Positions 31,206 through 42,617 of a stretch of 64,000 nt of DNA are shown one piece after another. A model generated the notes under the pieces. It made no database searches. It saw nothing but the letters and a program-made list of their open reading frames with translations, and was not told where the DNA came from. Origin of the DNA: a virus. Lineage: Duplodnaviria > Heunggongvirae > Uroviricota > Caudoviricetes. Location of the stretch: the IMG/VR virus record IMGVR_UViG_3300034157_000063, one strand, 5' to 3'. The position numbers and the translations under genes were made by a program. Position 1 is the stretch's first letter. Each line of letters begins with the position of its first letter.

Positions 31206-34200
31206 TTATACAGGAGGTGGCTCGACTTCTATTTCGATATCTTCTGGCAATCCATCATTTATTTTTATACTGAATTTCATAGTTCCTGTTTGCCCCATTG
31301 TAATGAAACGTGTCATAAATGAGTTAGTGTATGAAATATCATATACTGGATTAAAAATATTATTGCCATCAACATCTTCGCATAATGAGAAACATGTAAT
31401 ATACACTTTATAATTCCCACCTGCTGGTTCAGTGAATTTTACTTTTATTTTAGCTGACTGATCAACACTCAATGTTTCTGTTTTAGACTCTATTATCATA
31501 TTTTTAGCTTTACCATTAATTATTATATTTTTAAAAGAACCAGCATAATCAGCAGTGATTGTATATGAACCTACATCAGCTACATAAAATGGAACGATGG
31601 ATCTACCAGAAGAATCTGTTTGAGTTGATAGAGTTTGTGTACCATTACTTGTATCAAATGTAGAAATTCCAGTGGTTGTCCAATTAACAGTTATTCCAGC
31701 ACCTAGTGGGTTGCCATTGGCATCGGACATCTGAGCATATAAATTAATTGGTGTCATGCCATCTGCAATCATAGTTAGTGAGGAAGCACTCATTGAATAA
31801 ATATTTGCAGTCGATGGGTCAGCTTCAAATTGAATGTTTACGTTTCTAGTTATTCCCGCATCGGCTATTGCTGAAACAATCGCTGCTCCGGCTACGGTAC
31901 CGGATAATGTGATAACAGCTATACCACTGGCGTTTGTTACGCTTGTTGTATTCGACAAGTTACCTAATGTTGTGGACCAATTAACAGTAGCATTTGGAAC
32001 CACTTGATTGTTACTATCAAGAACAGTCGCAGACAATACCGTTGTGGCTGTATTATTAGCCAAGACATTTGAAATGCTTGATGTAATACCAATCACGTTA
32101 GCTGTTGAGACTATTGCTGTGAAAATTACGTTAGTATTAACAGAACCTATACCTGATGAAATGACGACATTAGCAGTTCCAGCGATATTGCTTGTTAACG
32201 TCATGACAGCATGACCATTCGCATCGGTAAGACTTGTAGCAGCACCTAATGTTCCGATTGAAGTAGCCCATGAGACTAAAGTATTAGCTGGTGCTTTGTT
32301 TCCATTGGCATCTTTAACATCTACACCAAATGAAATAACATCAATGCCATCTGCAGTTGCACTTGGTATAGAAGCTGCGAGATTGACGGGTGTAAAGGTT
32401 GATGAGTCTACTGTAAAGTCAATCGCTGTATTCATTGAACCTTGTGAAGCATTAGCCGTAACAACTGCAGAACCAATGGTTGTCGATTTAAGGGTGACAG
32501 ATGTATTACCATTAATGTCTGTATAAGTAATCGCTGAACTCAATGTACCTAATGTTGTTGACCAACCCACTGGTGTGTTGGCTGGAACTGGGTCACCATT
32601 CACATCAAGAACCGTAGCTGAAATGACACTGGTGGATGTGTTGTTAGCCACCACTGATGCTACTGATGAACTTATGGCTGTCACTCTCGCTGTAGATGTA
32701 TTCGGTGTAGCATTTATGGTTACTGTTTTATTACCTTTAACAGCATTGGCAGTAATGGTTATATTTCCTGCTATGTTTGTCTTAAAGGTAACCGTTGTAT
32801 GTCCATTCGCATCGGTAACAGTTGAAAATGCACTTAATTGACCATTGGTTGTTGACCATGTGACAGGTGTGTTGACTGGCACCACATTACCATTCTCATC
32901 TTGTAGAACAGCATCAATCGTTACAAATGAAACACCATCTGCTAGCAACGTAGTCGCTGTGCTGGTCATAGTTACAACTTTTGCGGTATTCGTATCAGAC
33001 GTAAATACAACATCGGAAGTAATTTCGACGCCTGATGGTTCTTTTACGGAAACTTTAACAGGGTTTGCAAATTTACTGGATATTTTCAATCTTGCAACAC
33101 CATTCGCATCTGTTTTGTTTTCTTGTTCAATGACGGCTGCATTGCCTTGTATCGTCCACACAACATCAGCATTTTGAATATTTTCACCTGTATATTGCTT
33201 TAAGTTTGCAGTAAAGATTACAACATCTGAACCGTTGGCTATTGATGTAGATTGTGAGCTAGCCATTGTTAACTTATTAGCTGACACGATTATTTGTGTG
33301 ATGTTTGATTTAACCATATGACCAAACTCATCATTACCGATGGCTTGTAAATCATAGGTATTTAGACCGCTTGTGTTATAAGATGGCAATCTGACAGAAC
33401 CTGTTGGTCCACCACCATAAGGTAAGGCATATTGACTGGCTGAACCTGTCCACGATACATTTCTAATTGAACCTGTAAAGGCAATAGGGAATAATATAGT
33501 TGAATTAGGGCTGCTATTAATAGTAGCTGGTAATGTAAGGGTACCTAGTTCATTTTTTCTATAATCCATGACTATTTCATTATTTCTGTTGACCAAATCA
33601 TATTTAGCATTCGTTAACAAACGAGAACTTCTAATTTCATCGGGTGATAACTGTTTCTTCATAGGAACACCTAACTGAAAGTTTAACGCTAACTTTATTG
33701 TGGTATCTGATTGACCACCTTGTCCTTGTCTGTAATCAGTGGATAGGGTTACTAATGGAATAGGTGTATAATTTAAACCGATAGTAGCGGCATTAGGATC
33801 TTTCTGTTGGTTAGAAGAACCAAAGAGGCCAACATTATCACCATAGTATTGTTCATACATGAATTTAGCACCTAATTGTGGATACTGAGGTAAATACCCA
33901 TCCACTCTTAGATCCCAACCGTTAGCCGGTCTTTCCATATAGTCATACATATCCACAGATTTCTTCCAATCACTTAATCGAAGATAAGAGTTAGCTGCTA
34001 ATTTAAGGTAATCTGCCCATGCTTCTACACCCAAACCAAGACGGTTGTTGTGTCCAGTAATATCACTGTCATAAAAGGTATTGGCACCGAGTAATATTTT
34101 TTCATACATATGACGATAACCAAGGCCAAGGTTAATGGTATTTCTGTAATCTTCTGTATAGCGATTAGAACGTCTAAAACCAACCTGTGTAAAGATTAAA

Positions 34201-34700
34201 TCGTTTTCATCTTCAATGAGTGGCTTCAATAAATCAAAACTTATATTACGTACACCATCATTTCCAGCAGACACCGAGATTTCTGATGTTATTTTATGTG
34301 AAGTAAACCAATTTTTAAGATCGTCGGAAGCAGTTGAATTGAGCAGGCCATAACCCATAGATTGCAAATCCTCAAAGTCTTTTGATTGAGAATTTCTTGG
34401 CTGAGCCGTTTTTTGTTCATAACTGTTTTGACCATTGTCATATTCAATAGTTTTTTTAACTTTTTCTTTTTGTGGAACAAGTCCCAAATCAGGAAGGTTA
34501 TATTCATTTTTACCAATATTTACTTGATCTAGATCATCATTAGTTGTATTCTTATCAGACGAATTGATGACAGTTAATGAATTATTCGTGTTATTGCCGT
34601 TTTGGTTAGTATTGGTACAGGCTGTTAATAGGATTAAAAAGGATACACCGATTCTTTTGCCATACAACTTATACTGATCCTTGTAGTTTTTACTTTTCAT
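31206..34700 (-). CDS. invasin/intimin-like inverse autotransporter (type Ve)
   Basis: Lipobox-like LLTAC; barrel motifs NLGLGYR, RLGLGVEAWADY, ERPANGWDLR, YDLVNRNNEIV; about 6 Big_1 repeats (ADG...A.V.D.NG..V....V.W.T..G.L....TD.NG). Confidence 0.92.
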   Translation of the reverse strand: MKSKNYKDQYKLYGKRIGVSFLILLTACTNTNQNGNNTNNSLTVINSSDKNTTNDDLDQVNIGKNEYNLPDLGLVPQKEKVKKTIEYDNGQNSYEQKTAQPRNSQSKDFEDLQSMGYGLLNSTASDDLKNWFTSHKITSEISVSAGNDGVRNISFDLLKPLIEDENDLIFTQVGFRRSNRYTEDYRNTINLGLGYRHMYEKILLGANTFYDSDITGHNNRLGLGVEAWADYLKLAANSYLRLSDWKKSVDMYDYMERPANGWDLRVDGYLPQYPQLGAKFMYEQYYGDNVGLFGSSNQQKDPNAATIGLNYTPIPLVTLSTDYRQGQGGQSDTTIKLALNFQLGVPMKKQLSPDEIRSSRLLTNAKYDLVNRNNEIVMDYRKNELGTLTLPATINSSPNSTILFPIAFTGSIRNVSWTGSASQYALPYGGGPTGSVRLPSYNTSGLNTYDLQAIGNDEFGHMVKSNITQIIVSANKLTMASSQSTSIANGSDVVIFTANLKQYTGENIQNADVVWTIQGNAAVIEQENKTDANGVARLKISSKFANPVKVSVKEPSGVEITSDVVFTSDTNTAKVVTMTSTATTLLADGVSFVTIDAVLQDENGNVVPVNTPVTWSTTNGQLSAFSTVTDANGHTTVTFKTNIAGNITITANAVKGNKTVTINATPNTSTARVTAISSSVASVVANNTSTSVISATVLDVNGDPVPANTPVGWSTTLGTLSSAITYTDINGNTSVTLKSTTIGSAVVTANASQGSMNTAIDFTVDSSTFTPVNLAASIPSATADGIDVISFGVDVKDANGNKAPANTLVSWATSIGTLGAATSLTDANGHAVMTLTSNIAGTANVVISSGIGSVNTNVIFTAIVSTANVIGITSSISNVLANNTATTVLSATVLDSNNQVVPNATVNWSTTLGNLSNTTSVTNASGIAVITLSGTVAGAAIVSAIADAGITRNVNIQFEADPSTANIYSMSASSLTMIADGMTPINLYAQMSDANGNPLGAGITVNWTTTGISTFDTSNGTQTLSTQTDSSGRSIVPFYVADVGSYTITADYAGSFKNIIINGKAKNMIIESKTETLSVDQSAKIKVKFTEPAGGNYKVYITCFSLCEDVDGNNIFNPVYDISYTNSFMTRFITMGQTGTMKFSIKINDGLPEDIEIEVEPPPV

Positions 34701-34954
34701 AATTTCCTTCTTGGTTAGGGGTTTTTGTACCTGATGACTATGTTTTAAAATCTTTAATATTCTACATTAAATACTGGACATTTCAAGTGTATTTTATTGA
34801 AATAAAAGTATTTTTCGATATCATTAATTGTATGCATCTTATTTGAAGTGGTATTTTTTGACTGAACGTTGGTTTTGAATAAAAAATGATAAGAATTGAC
34901 AAAATACTGTTTAAAATGATATAATCATATTAATCTAGTAAAAGGTAGAATAAT

Positions 34955-35872
34955 ATGATTTTTGAAGCTTTCTCTTTTTCAAGTATTAGAGCATCTATAT
35001 TGAGTGGTGCTCACAGTATGGAAGACCACCATAAAATTAAACTTGAACTTCAACCCGCGAACATTATTGATTCGTTAGGGGTCAACACATTCTGCTTTTA
35101 TGTAAACAAATCTTTTGGTATTCTTAAGAATGACTTCTTGAAGATCGTTAAAGCTCTTAAAAAGAAAAAGCTGAACTTCGATGTTAAGTCTGATTCACTT
35201 CGTGAATTGAGTGATTTCCATATCATTAAATTTACGGGTGGTGCTGATCTTATTGAATACTTTCAAAACGTGAGCATGAACAACACGAATGAACGACCCA
35301 GAATCTCGGAGAACCAGCTTCTTCGTGAATGCACTATCGTTCGTCTTCAAGACTGCAAAGATTACTACGCCAAAAACAAACCTAAAATTTTGTGCCTCGA
35401 TGTTGAAATTCAAACTAACACTGATAAAGAGTTCAAACCTACCGAATTTGGTTTGGTTTATTTCGATGGTGAAAAAGAGATCTACGAACACTTTTTGATT
35501 GAAGAATTCTACAAATTAAAAGTGGGTGGTGCATTACAACGCAAGTTCCATTTTGGTAAAACAAGTATTGTAAGCTATGAAGAGTTTGTGGATATCATGG
35601 CGAGCTATCTTGATAAGACTGATATGTTCTTGGCTCACTCTGTTAACTCTGAAAATCACTATTTGAGTCGTGCTGGTATTTCATTGTCTTACTTTGTAGA
35701 CGCGGTGGTTGATACTCAATTCTTGTATAAGGATTATGACAGCACGCATGTGAAACCAGTTTCATTGATTGATATGTTAACTTACTTGAAAATTCCATTC
35801 AAGAACTTGCACAACAGTGGTAACGACGCAGCCTTTACTTGGTTAGCATTCAAAAAAATCATGGACCTTTAA
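34955..35872 (+). CDS. DEDDh 3'-5' exonuclease domain protein
   Basis: CLDVE, LAHSVNSE, VDTQ, LHNSGNDA. Confidence 0.8.
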   Translation: MIFEAFSFSSIRASILSGAHSMEDHHKIKLELQPANIIDSLGVNTFCFYVNKSFGILKNDFLKIVKALKKKKLNFDVKSDSLRELSDFHIIKFTGGADLIEYFQNVSMNNTNERPRISENQLLRECTIVRLQDCKDYYAKNKPKILCLDVEIQTNTDKEFKPTEFGLVYFDGEKEIYEHFLIEEFYKLKVGGALQRKFHFGKTSIVSYEEFVDIMASYLDKTDMFLAHSVNSENHYLSRAGISLSYFVDAVVDTQFLYKDYDSTHVKPVSLIDMLTYLKIPFKNLHNSGNDAAFTWLAFKKIMDL

Positions 35873-37560
35873 TTAGGTCCATTTATTTTTAACTTCTTTT
35901 CTTTTTTAGATTTAATAATCTCTTTTGCTTTTTCCATTATCTCATCTGTATCAATATAAGGTTTACTTTCGATGTATTCTTTTATTTTAATATGATCATC
36001 AAATGTCATTTTTTTACCAAACTCTTTTTGTAATCCTAATGTTATGTTTAAATGATTTTTTTCATTTTTCTCACATCTATCATAAAAAACAACGTTTTCA
36101 TATTCATAATTACTGAGATGATTCCCAAAACTTTCAAATAATACTCTGTCATCAATGTCTTCACTGGTCACTAAAATACACTGGTTTTCTTTTGCGTATT
36201 TAATAAGATCATCTAACGAATCATTAAATCCTCCATGACGTAATTCTTTACTCGTGTATACGTCTTTTGGTTCTAATAGCTTAACACCATACACATCAAA
36301 TTCTTTAAAGGTGTATTGATAGAGTGTTTCAACTTCATTAACAGATTTTAAGGTCACTAATTTACCTTGTGAATAACTTTCTTCAAAAAAAGCGTCATGA
36401 TTGATGTTGAAATGATTACTTGTCATGAGATCAACACCTCTGATAAGTCCAAAGGGTTTAAGACTTCTCAAATACTCAAAATAACGTTTACCTGACAAGG
36501 CCGTATCATTTGTAAACTCACCGATTTCAACAGATTTAACAGCTTTCAAATTTTTCTCATTAAAGGCTGTTGGGAAATCTTCCAATATTTTTGATTTTAT
36601 TTCATCTATGTGAAAGTTAGCTGAAATTTGTTCTCTTGTTTTTAATAGGGTAACGTTTTCCAGTGAATTAATAAAGTCTGCTCTTAGATCTTCATAGAAT
36701 AAGCCAACAATTTTAAAATATTTTTCGCTTAACTTTAATTGGTCATCTACGACTATACCTGACATCGTATTGTTCTTTACATAGTCGCTTTGTAACAATT
36801 GTTTTATTTTTACAATTTCATCCTCAGTAAGAACATGATTGATTGAACCACTCATAAGCTTATCAAATTTCAAAACGGACTCAAAGTGCCTTGATATTAT
36901 TTTTTCATCTAATGACTTAGTGTTGATAGCCGTATGAATGCCATCTGATGGTGTGGTGTCCGCATTATGGATAGATTCAATTTGATCAAGACCTGTTCTA
37001 AATAGATCTAACCCAATATCAATTTTATCTATCTTGTCTGTTATATCATCAACTGTTTCGGCTTGTTTTAAATGGTATAAGAAAAACAATTTTTTGAAGT
37101 CATAATGTTTTGCATACAATTTCTCTATTTCTTCTAGATACTCTTTATTAATTTTTTTACTTAAGTTATTTGAAAAATCATTCTTAAAATCATTAAAATC
37201 AGCATTGTTTTCGAATAAATTATAAACATCTTTTAAGACTTCCATTTCTTTTTCTGTATGGACAGCGTGTGAACTATTTTTATGCCCATGCCTATCATTG
37301 ATAGTGACAAATTTTTTCTCATCATTGTCATATCTTACGAAGGTATTGGTATTTGTTGGTAATCCAATTTGAAACGCAAATTTATCATCGTTATTATCAT
37401 TGGAAGCTCTAAGAATGGAGAGATTATAAAAGTCTTCCATTTTTAATTCATCCAAGACTGCAGCTAATGCAAATATTTCAAATTTATCATCTGTAATATT
37501 ATGCTTTTCTTTGATTTCTGCGATTGTCTTTCTTACCGCTTCTATTGTTATATTACTCAT
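35869..37560 (-). CDS. large orphan protein with Lys-rich tail
   Basis: 563 aa; possible degenerate GNAT motif VYTSKELRHGG...LIKYAKE; ends KKEKKLKINGPN. Confidence 0.7.
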   Translation of the reverse strand: MSNITIEAVRKTIAEIKEKHNITDDKFEIFALAAVLDELKMEDFYNLSILRASNDNNDDKFAFQIGLPTNTNTFVRYDNDEKKFVTINDRHGHKNSSHAVHTEKEMEVLKDVYNLFENNADFNDFKNDFSNNLSKKINKEYLEEIEKLYAKHYDFKKLFFLYHLKQAETVDDITDKIDKIDIGLDLFRTGLDQIESIHNADTTPSDGIHTAINTKSLDEKIISRHFESVLKFDKLMSGSINHVLTEDEIVKIKQLLQSDYVKNNTMSGIVVDDQLKLSEKYFKIVGLFYEDLRADFINSLENVTLLKTREQISANFHIDEIKSKILEDFPTAFNEKNLKAVKSVEIGEFTNDTALSGKRYFEYLRSLKPFGLIRGVDLMTSNHFNINHDAFFEESYSQGKLVTLKSVNEVETLYQYTFKEFDVYGVKLLEPKDVYTSKELRHGGFNDSLDDLIKYAKENQCILVTSEDIDDRVLFESFGNHLSNYEYENVVFYDRCEKNEKNHLNITLGLQKEFGKKMTFDDHIKIKEYIESKPYIDTDEIMEKAKEIIKSKKEKKLKINGPN

Positions 37561-39479
37561 AATGGGCCATTACTCATTTTAGTTGATTTTTTGATTTGTG
37601 TTTCAGTTTGTAAACCCACATCATCTTCTGGTTTAGGTGGATAAATTATTGCACTAAGCGATTCATTCATATTTTCTTTCGTTATATACGCTTCAACGGC
37701 TTTCATATGTATTTCAGATAAGTAACTACTTGCAGGATTACTAAACCCAACATAATCATCATTTTTTAAATGTTGTGTTCTCAGTGTTCCATTGGCATGG
37801 ATTGTGAAACCAATGATTGAATAGGTGTCTTTACTGTCTTTTTCAAAATCATAGATAATAAATTGTTGGCAACCATTGTTTGTATAAGTTTTAAAATAAC
37901 TTTCTTGACGATGAATACACCAAGAAGGGCTTCCTAAATCTTTACATTGATCATAATTGTCAATTTTGAAAACAACAATGTTATCTTTATCGTAAAAAGG
38001 CTCGATAGCAAATTTATCTAACTTTCTGTTAAGGTTTTCATTAGTGAACCCATCCAGTTGTTGGAATACATTTTTTAATAACTTCACTAAATCTTCTGGC
38101 TCTTTTAATGCGGCTAGTTTTTTACCGATATAATTCTGCAAATCCTTTTCGCTGAGTTCTTTGTCATACAGTTCTTTAAAGTAGACATCTGACTCTGGTG
38201 TTTCTAAATGCTTATATTTATTACTCAGTATATTTTTTGAAAAGTTCTTAGCTTTATAAGACTTACTTTCAGCGTTTAAATAGTCGTCAATAACTTCTAA
38301 ACTTTTGTCTTTAATCGCTAATATGTTTAAACCTATATTTTTTAATATATCTTGATTGTTAACAAAGGTGTTCACTGTATTTAAAAGATGTTGAATGGTT
38401 TTAAATTCAAGACCTTCTTCAAGAGCAATACTATTAAAGAAGTTTACAATTTTAGGTTTGTTAGGTAATAATTCAGAAATCAAATCTTTTGTTATACTGG
38501 TTAATAAAGCTTTATATTCTTGATGATTCTTGACTGTGTTCATTTCACCATTTTTAGTGATGTAAAGAAGACTTGAATCGTTCATTAAGTAGACTTTAGT
38601 ATTAGTATTGTTTTTATTAAAAGTAAGCGATGTTTTAGCATCGTCAGCTATCATCTTATCGGTGACAAAGGATGTTATAGGGCTTTCACTCACATTTAAG
38701 TCTTTATATTGATCAGCAAGACTGCTATACATGCTGTGTACACCTAAATCTTTGGCTAACGCTATGAGCTTGTAGGTTTCATGCTTAATGCCAACAATAC
38801 TCTCAACTACACTTTCTGGCAATTGATTGAGCCTGTCATTTAATCCGTGACTAAGGTATTCCTTATTGTTTATTAAGTGATTTTTTATTCTATTAAAAAA
38901 CATACTTTTTTCTTCTTCATCAAATGAGGCGTCATTTCCTACATAAAAGCCGGAATCCTTTATTAATTTGTCATTGGCATTGATGACTTTTCTTATATAG
39001 ATTTTTTGATCTTCAAGTACTTTAAAATGATTCTTGATGTTTTGCTCTATTTCCATCTGTTCAGGCGTGTTACCTAAATCTTGACGACTTTTTTCGATAA
39101 TATTGTTAGCGGTCATCAATATAGTATTAATAGTACTTGTGTAATTACCGAGATCATTGCCATGATACCCATATGACAGTGGCATGTATCCTAATTTTTC
39201 ATAAATAACATTGGTGCAGGTTTCACTACCCACGATAAGATCATAATCTTCATCGGATTCAATCACTCTGTTGACTATATTAAATCTTGATTTAGACATA
39301 TCCAACAAATCAAGATTATCTAATGTATTAAAATCTAATTTAAGATAAGTATTAGGGTTATAGGTTGGAAATAAATGTTCATCACCCGCTTCTACAAACT
39401 TCGTTTTATTTAAGCTGAATATTTTTTCTATATTTTCGGAAGGATTCATCTGATCTATTAATATATTAGTTAAATTCAT
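37557..39479 (-). CDS. PcfJ-like (LGSxxWCI) domain protein with Lys-rich tail
   Basis: CKDLGSPSWCI...YFKTY...FIIYDF...IIGFTI; ends KKSTKMSNGPL. Confidence 0.5.
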   Translation of the reverse strand: MNLTNILIDQMNPSENIEKIFSLNKTKFVEAGDEHLFPTYNPNTYLKLDFNTLDNLDLLDMSKSRFNIVNRVIESDEDYDLIVGSETCTNVIYEKLGYMPLSYGYHGNDLGNYTSTINTILMTANNIIEKSRQDLGNTPEQMEIEQNIKNHFKVLEDQKIYIRKVINANDKLIKDSGFYVGNDASFDEEEKSMFFNRIKNHLINNKEYLSHGLNDRLNQLPESVVESIVGIKHETYKLIALAKDLGVHSMYSSLADQYKDLNVSESPITSFVTDKMIADDAKTSLTFNKNNTNTKVYLMNDSSLLYITKNGEMNTVKNHQEYKALLTSITKDLISELLPNKPKIVNFFNSIALEEGLEFKTIQHLLNTVNTFVNNQDILKNIGLNILAIKDKSLEVIDDYLNAESKSYKAKNFSKNILSNKYKHLETPESDVYFKELYDKELSEKDLQNYIGKKLAALKEPEDLVKLLKNVFQQLDGFTNENLNRKLDKFAIEPFYDKDNIVVFKIDNYDQCKDLGSPSWCIHRQESYFKTYTNNGCQQFIIYDFEKDSKDTYSIIGFTIHANGTLRTQHLKNDDYVGFSNPASSYLSEIHMKAVEAYITKENMNESLSAIIYPPKPEDDVGLQTETQIKKSTKMSNGPL

Positions 39480-39585
39480 TATAACATATTAAGAAAAAAT
39501 ATCTAAAAAAAAATAAAAAAAGTTTGAATTGTCTTTTATATCTAGGATCTTTATGCTATAATGATATAAATATTAGGAGAAAATA

Positions 39586-40434
39586 ATGAAGCCTATCAAA
39601 GACGAAGAAGTTACCAGTCTTATGCAAGAAAATCTAGACACCTATGGCGAGTATGAAAAAGTTACATTTATTGCCAATGTTAACGGAAAACCAACAGAAT
39701 TGAGTGGTGTTCGCTTAATTGATAGTAGAGAGAATGAATATTTTATTGTTCGCACAAAAAAACAAGGGTATTATAATTTTAGTGCTCCCGAGGTTTCTCA
39801 TTTTGAACGTGTGTCGGTTGAAAAGCGTGAAGAGGAAGATGCATCCTTAAATCCACTTTCACCACTTCAAAAGGCTATTGCTGACAAGATTCAGCAGGAA
39901 AAAGCTGAGACAGCCGAACATAGTAAGCAAATGGCCGAAAAATTGGCTGACAGTATTGGATACTTTCCATTGCTTCAATCTGCCAACGTGAGTGGTCTTA
40001 CGGTTGACTTCCTTGACAAAAATCAAGAAGTTCAAGACTCCATTTACTTTCCTTTTGTTAAAGGTGAAACTTATGAGGTTTTTTCTCATGAAGACGAGCG
40101 TGATATTGAAATTAATTCATTGATGGTTGATGTTAGTTTGGCAACAGATGAACATGGCGATGATGTTAAACCTGAATTGTTTGCAAAATATTATGAAACC
40201 TATAATGTTATTCAAGACTTTGAATTTATTATTGATGACAATTACACACAAGAAATTTTTAACACGTATAGACTAGATGAAAAATACGCAAGAGTTGTTG
40301 GTGATCTTAACAAGCATGACTTGCTTGAATTGGTTACTGAGAATGCTCAGGATAAAAATATTCAGGATGCGGCGAAAGAATTGAGAATTAAAAACGGTCT
40401 TCTTAAAAAAGATCCTGTTAAATTTAAGCCTTAA
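39586..40434 (+). CDS. orphan protein with Lys-rich tail
   Basis: TGCTATAAT promoter, AGGAG RBS; ends KKDPVKFKP. Confidence 0.8.
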   Translation: MKPIKDEEVTSLMQENLDTYGEYEKVTFIANVNGKPTELSGVRLIDSRENEYFIVRTKKQGYYNFSAPEVSHFERVSVEKREEEDASLNPLSPLQKAIADKIQQEKAETAEHSKQMAEKLADSIGYFPLLQSANVSGLTVDFLDKNQEVQDSIYFPFVKGETYEVFSHEDERDIEINSLMVDVSLATDEHGDDVKPELFAKYYETYNVIQDFEFIIDDNYTQEIFNTYRLDEKYARVVGDLNKHDLLELVTENAQDKNIQDAAKELRIKNGLLKKDPVKFKP

Positions 40435-40540
40435 CTTTTTAAATATATGAGAAAAGACCTTTGATAAGGTCTTTTTTTATCTTCTAAATTTGTTTATATT
40501 CTTGATAATGGTATACTGACCAAAACAATAATAATAAAAT

Positions 40541-41515
40541 ATGAAAAATATATTAGTCTTATCTGCATTAGCCATTGGTGTAACTTATGCTGATTACAAA
40601 GTAACATACCCCTTAGATTCAAATTCTGTGACATTTAGAAATAATGAACCTGTTACTGAAGAATGGATACCCGGCACTCCATTAGTAGGAGCATGGGTAA
40701 ATAATGGTTCTCTTTTTAACTGTAATACAACGCCATTGATCAATGGTTCTTTTACTCATATTAAAACCTGCTCTCAGCAACAAACACAAAACATAAGCAC
40801 ACCTGCAACATCAACTATCACACATGAAGTAAGATATACAGAAATTACAAAAGAACAAACCATAGCCATTACTGAGAATTTAACTGAGCAATGGTTTGCG
40901 GGTTCTCCAGTGTTATCCATATGGACTGATAAAGGTGCCCTTTTTGATTGTTCAACGCTTCCAAGTGTCAACGATTATTCTACGGGTGTTGCATTTACTC
41001 AGACCAAGACCTGTTCGCAAAAACAAGAACAAACGGTTAATACACCAGAAACGTCTAGTATTACGAATGACGTTAGACAGGTTGAAACTTTAAACGAACA
41101 AATCATTACTAAAAAAACTGATAATAATGCAGTCGGTGAACGATATACAAACATTATGAAAGTCGGCTATTATACATTACCGTACAACAATTATAGTGGA
41201 TATCTAAATCCTAACTACAAGAGTTATCCTGACTACAATGACTTTACACAGCAAGCAGCTAGCACATTGACGCCTAATTCTATTGCTGGTGCTGAAATTA
41301 GGTGGATGTGGACATATATGGATGGGAATTTAGTTGTCATGCCTGCGAATAAAGCATTAAATAGTAATCTATTAAAATATAATGTAACCGTTAATGGCGT
41401 AACATGTCCATTAGTCATGCATACCTATGAAATGAATGTTGTTATCGGAACTAATTGTTTTTCATTTATTAATAAAGTTGGTTCAGAATTTAAAATGGAT
41501 ATTAGACTAAAGTAA
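40541..41515 (+). CDS. exported ADY-family protein (two Cys-containing stalk repeats plus tip domain)
   Basis: Signal peptide, YADYKVTYPLD; two W...G..F.C...KTCSQ repeats. Confidence 0.85.
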   Translation: MKNILVLSALAIGVTYADYKVTYPLDSNSVTFRNNEPVTEEWIPGTPLVGAWVNNGSLFNCNTTPLINGSFTHIKTCSQQQTQNISTPATSTITHEVRYTEITKEQTIAITENLTEQWFAGSPVLSIWTDKGALFDCSTLPSVNDYSTGVAFTQTKTCSQKQEQTVNTPETSSITNDVRQVETLNEQIITKKTDNNAVGERYTNIMKVGYYTLPYNNYSGYLNPNYKSYPDYNDFTQQAASTLTPNSIAGAEIRWMWTYMDGNLVVMPANKALNSNLLKYNVTVNGVTCPLVMHTYEMNVVIGTNCFSFINKVGSEFKMDIRLK

Positions 41516-41601
41516 AAGACCTGATGAGGTCTTTTTGTCTTCTAAATTTGCGTATATTCTAGATAATGTTATACTTTAAAAAACAATAATAATAATACAA
41601 T

Positions 41602-42585
41602 ATGAAAAATATAATGATCCTCTCGGCATTAGCTATTGGTGTAACTTATGCAGATTATAAAGTGACGTATCCTTTAGATTCAAATTCTTTGACATTTAAA
41701 AACAATATACCTATTACTGAAAAATGGATACCGGGTGTCCCATTAGTAGGATCATGGACAAATAATGGACCACTTTTTGACTGTAATACGACTCCATTGA
41801 TAAATGGTTCTTTTACACATATTAAAACCTGTTCTCAGAAACAAACACAAAACATAAAGACACCTGAAACATCAACTGTTACAAACGAAGTTAGATACTC
41901 AGAAACTATAAAAGAACAAACCATAGCAATTATTGATAACTTAACTGAGCAATGGTCACCGGGTTCTCCTGTTTTGTCTATATGGACAGATAAAGGTGAT
42001 CCGTTTGATTGTTCAACACTTCCAAGCGTCAATGATTACTCAACAGGTGTATCATTCACTCAGACTAAAACCTGTTCCCAGAAACAAGAACAAACCGCCA
42101 AAACACCAGAAACATCCAGCATTACGAATGATGTTAGACAGGTTGAAACTGTAAATGAACAAACCATTACTAAAAATACTAATAATAATGCGGTTGGTGA
42201 GCGATATACAAACATCATAAAAGTAGGCTATTACACCTTGAGTGGTGTCCATCATTACAATGGTTATGTGAATCCAAATTCTAAGAATTACCAAGACCAA
42301 TATAATGCGGTTGTTGAACACAATCCAAGTACATTAACACCTAATGTTATAGGTGGTTTAGAAATTCGTTGGATGTGGACACTGGCTTATGATGGAAATT
42401 TAATAATTATGCCAGCTAATAGAGCTATGCAAAACGAGTTGCTAAAATATAAGCTTACGATTAATGGAGTAACATGTCCATTAGCAATAGCTACCTATGA
42501 ATTGGATTTTGTTGTAGGTAAAAACTGTTTTTCATTTCTTAATAAGGCAGGTTCTGAATTTAAAATGGATATAACATTAAAATAA
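41602..42585 (+). CDS. exported ADY-family protein, tandem duplicate of 40541
   Basis: Very similar N-terminal two-thirds, more divergent tip; promoter and terminator also duplicated. Confidence 0.85.
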   Translation: MKNIMILSALAIGVTYADYKVTYPLDSNSLTFKNNIPITEKWIPGVPLVGSWTNNGPLFDCNTTPLINGSFTHIKTCSQKQTQNIKTPETSTVTNEVRYSETIKEQTIAIIDNLTEQWSPGSPVLSIWTDKGDPFDCSTLPSVNDYSTGVSFTQTKTCSQKQEQTAKTPETSSITNDVRQVETVNEQTITKNTNNNAVGERYTNIIKVGYYTLSGVHHYNGYVNPNSKNYQDQYNAVVEHNPSTLTPNVIGGLEIRWMWTLAYDGNLIIMPANRAMQNELLKYKLTINGVTCPLAIATYELDFVVGKNCFSFLNKAGSEFKMDITLK

Positions 42586-42617
42586 AAAAAGACCTTTCAA
42601 GGTCTTTTTTGCTTTCT

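Noticed and set aside
40541-42585. DGR or shufflon driving tip variation in the ADY family
   Set aside because: No reverse transcriptase, template repeat, invertase or inverted cassettes in the window, and differences are not confined to adenines.
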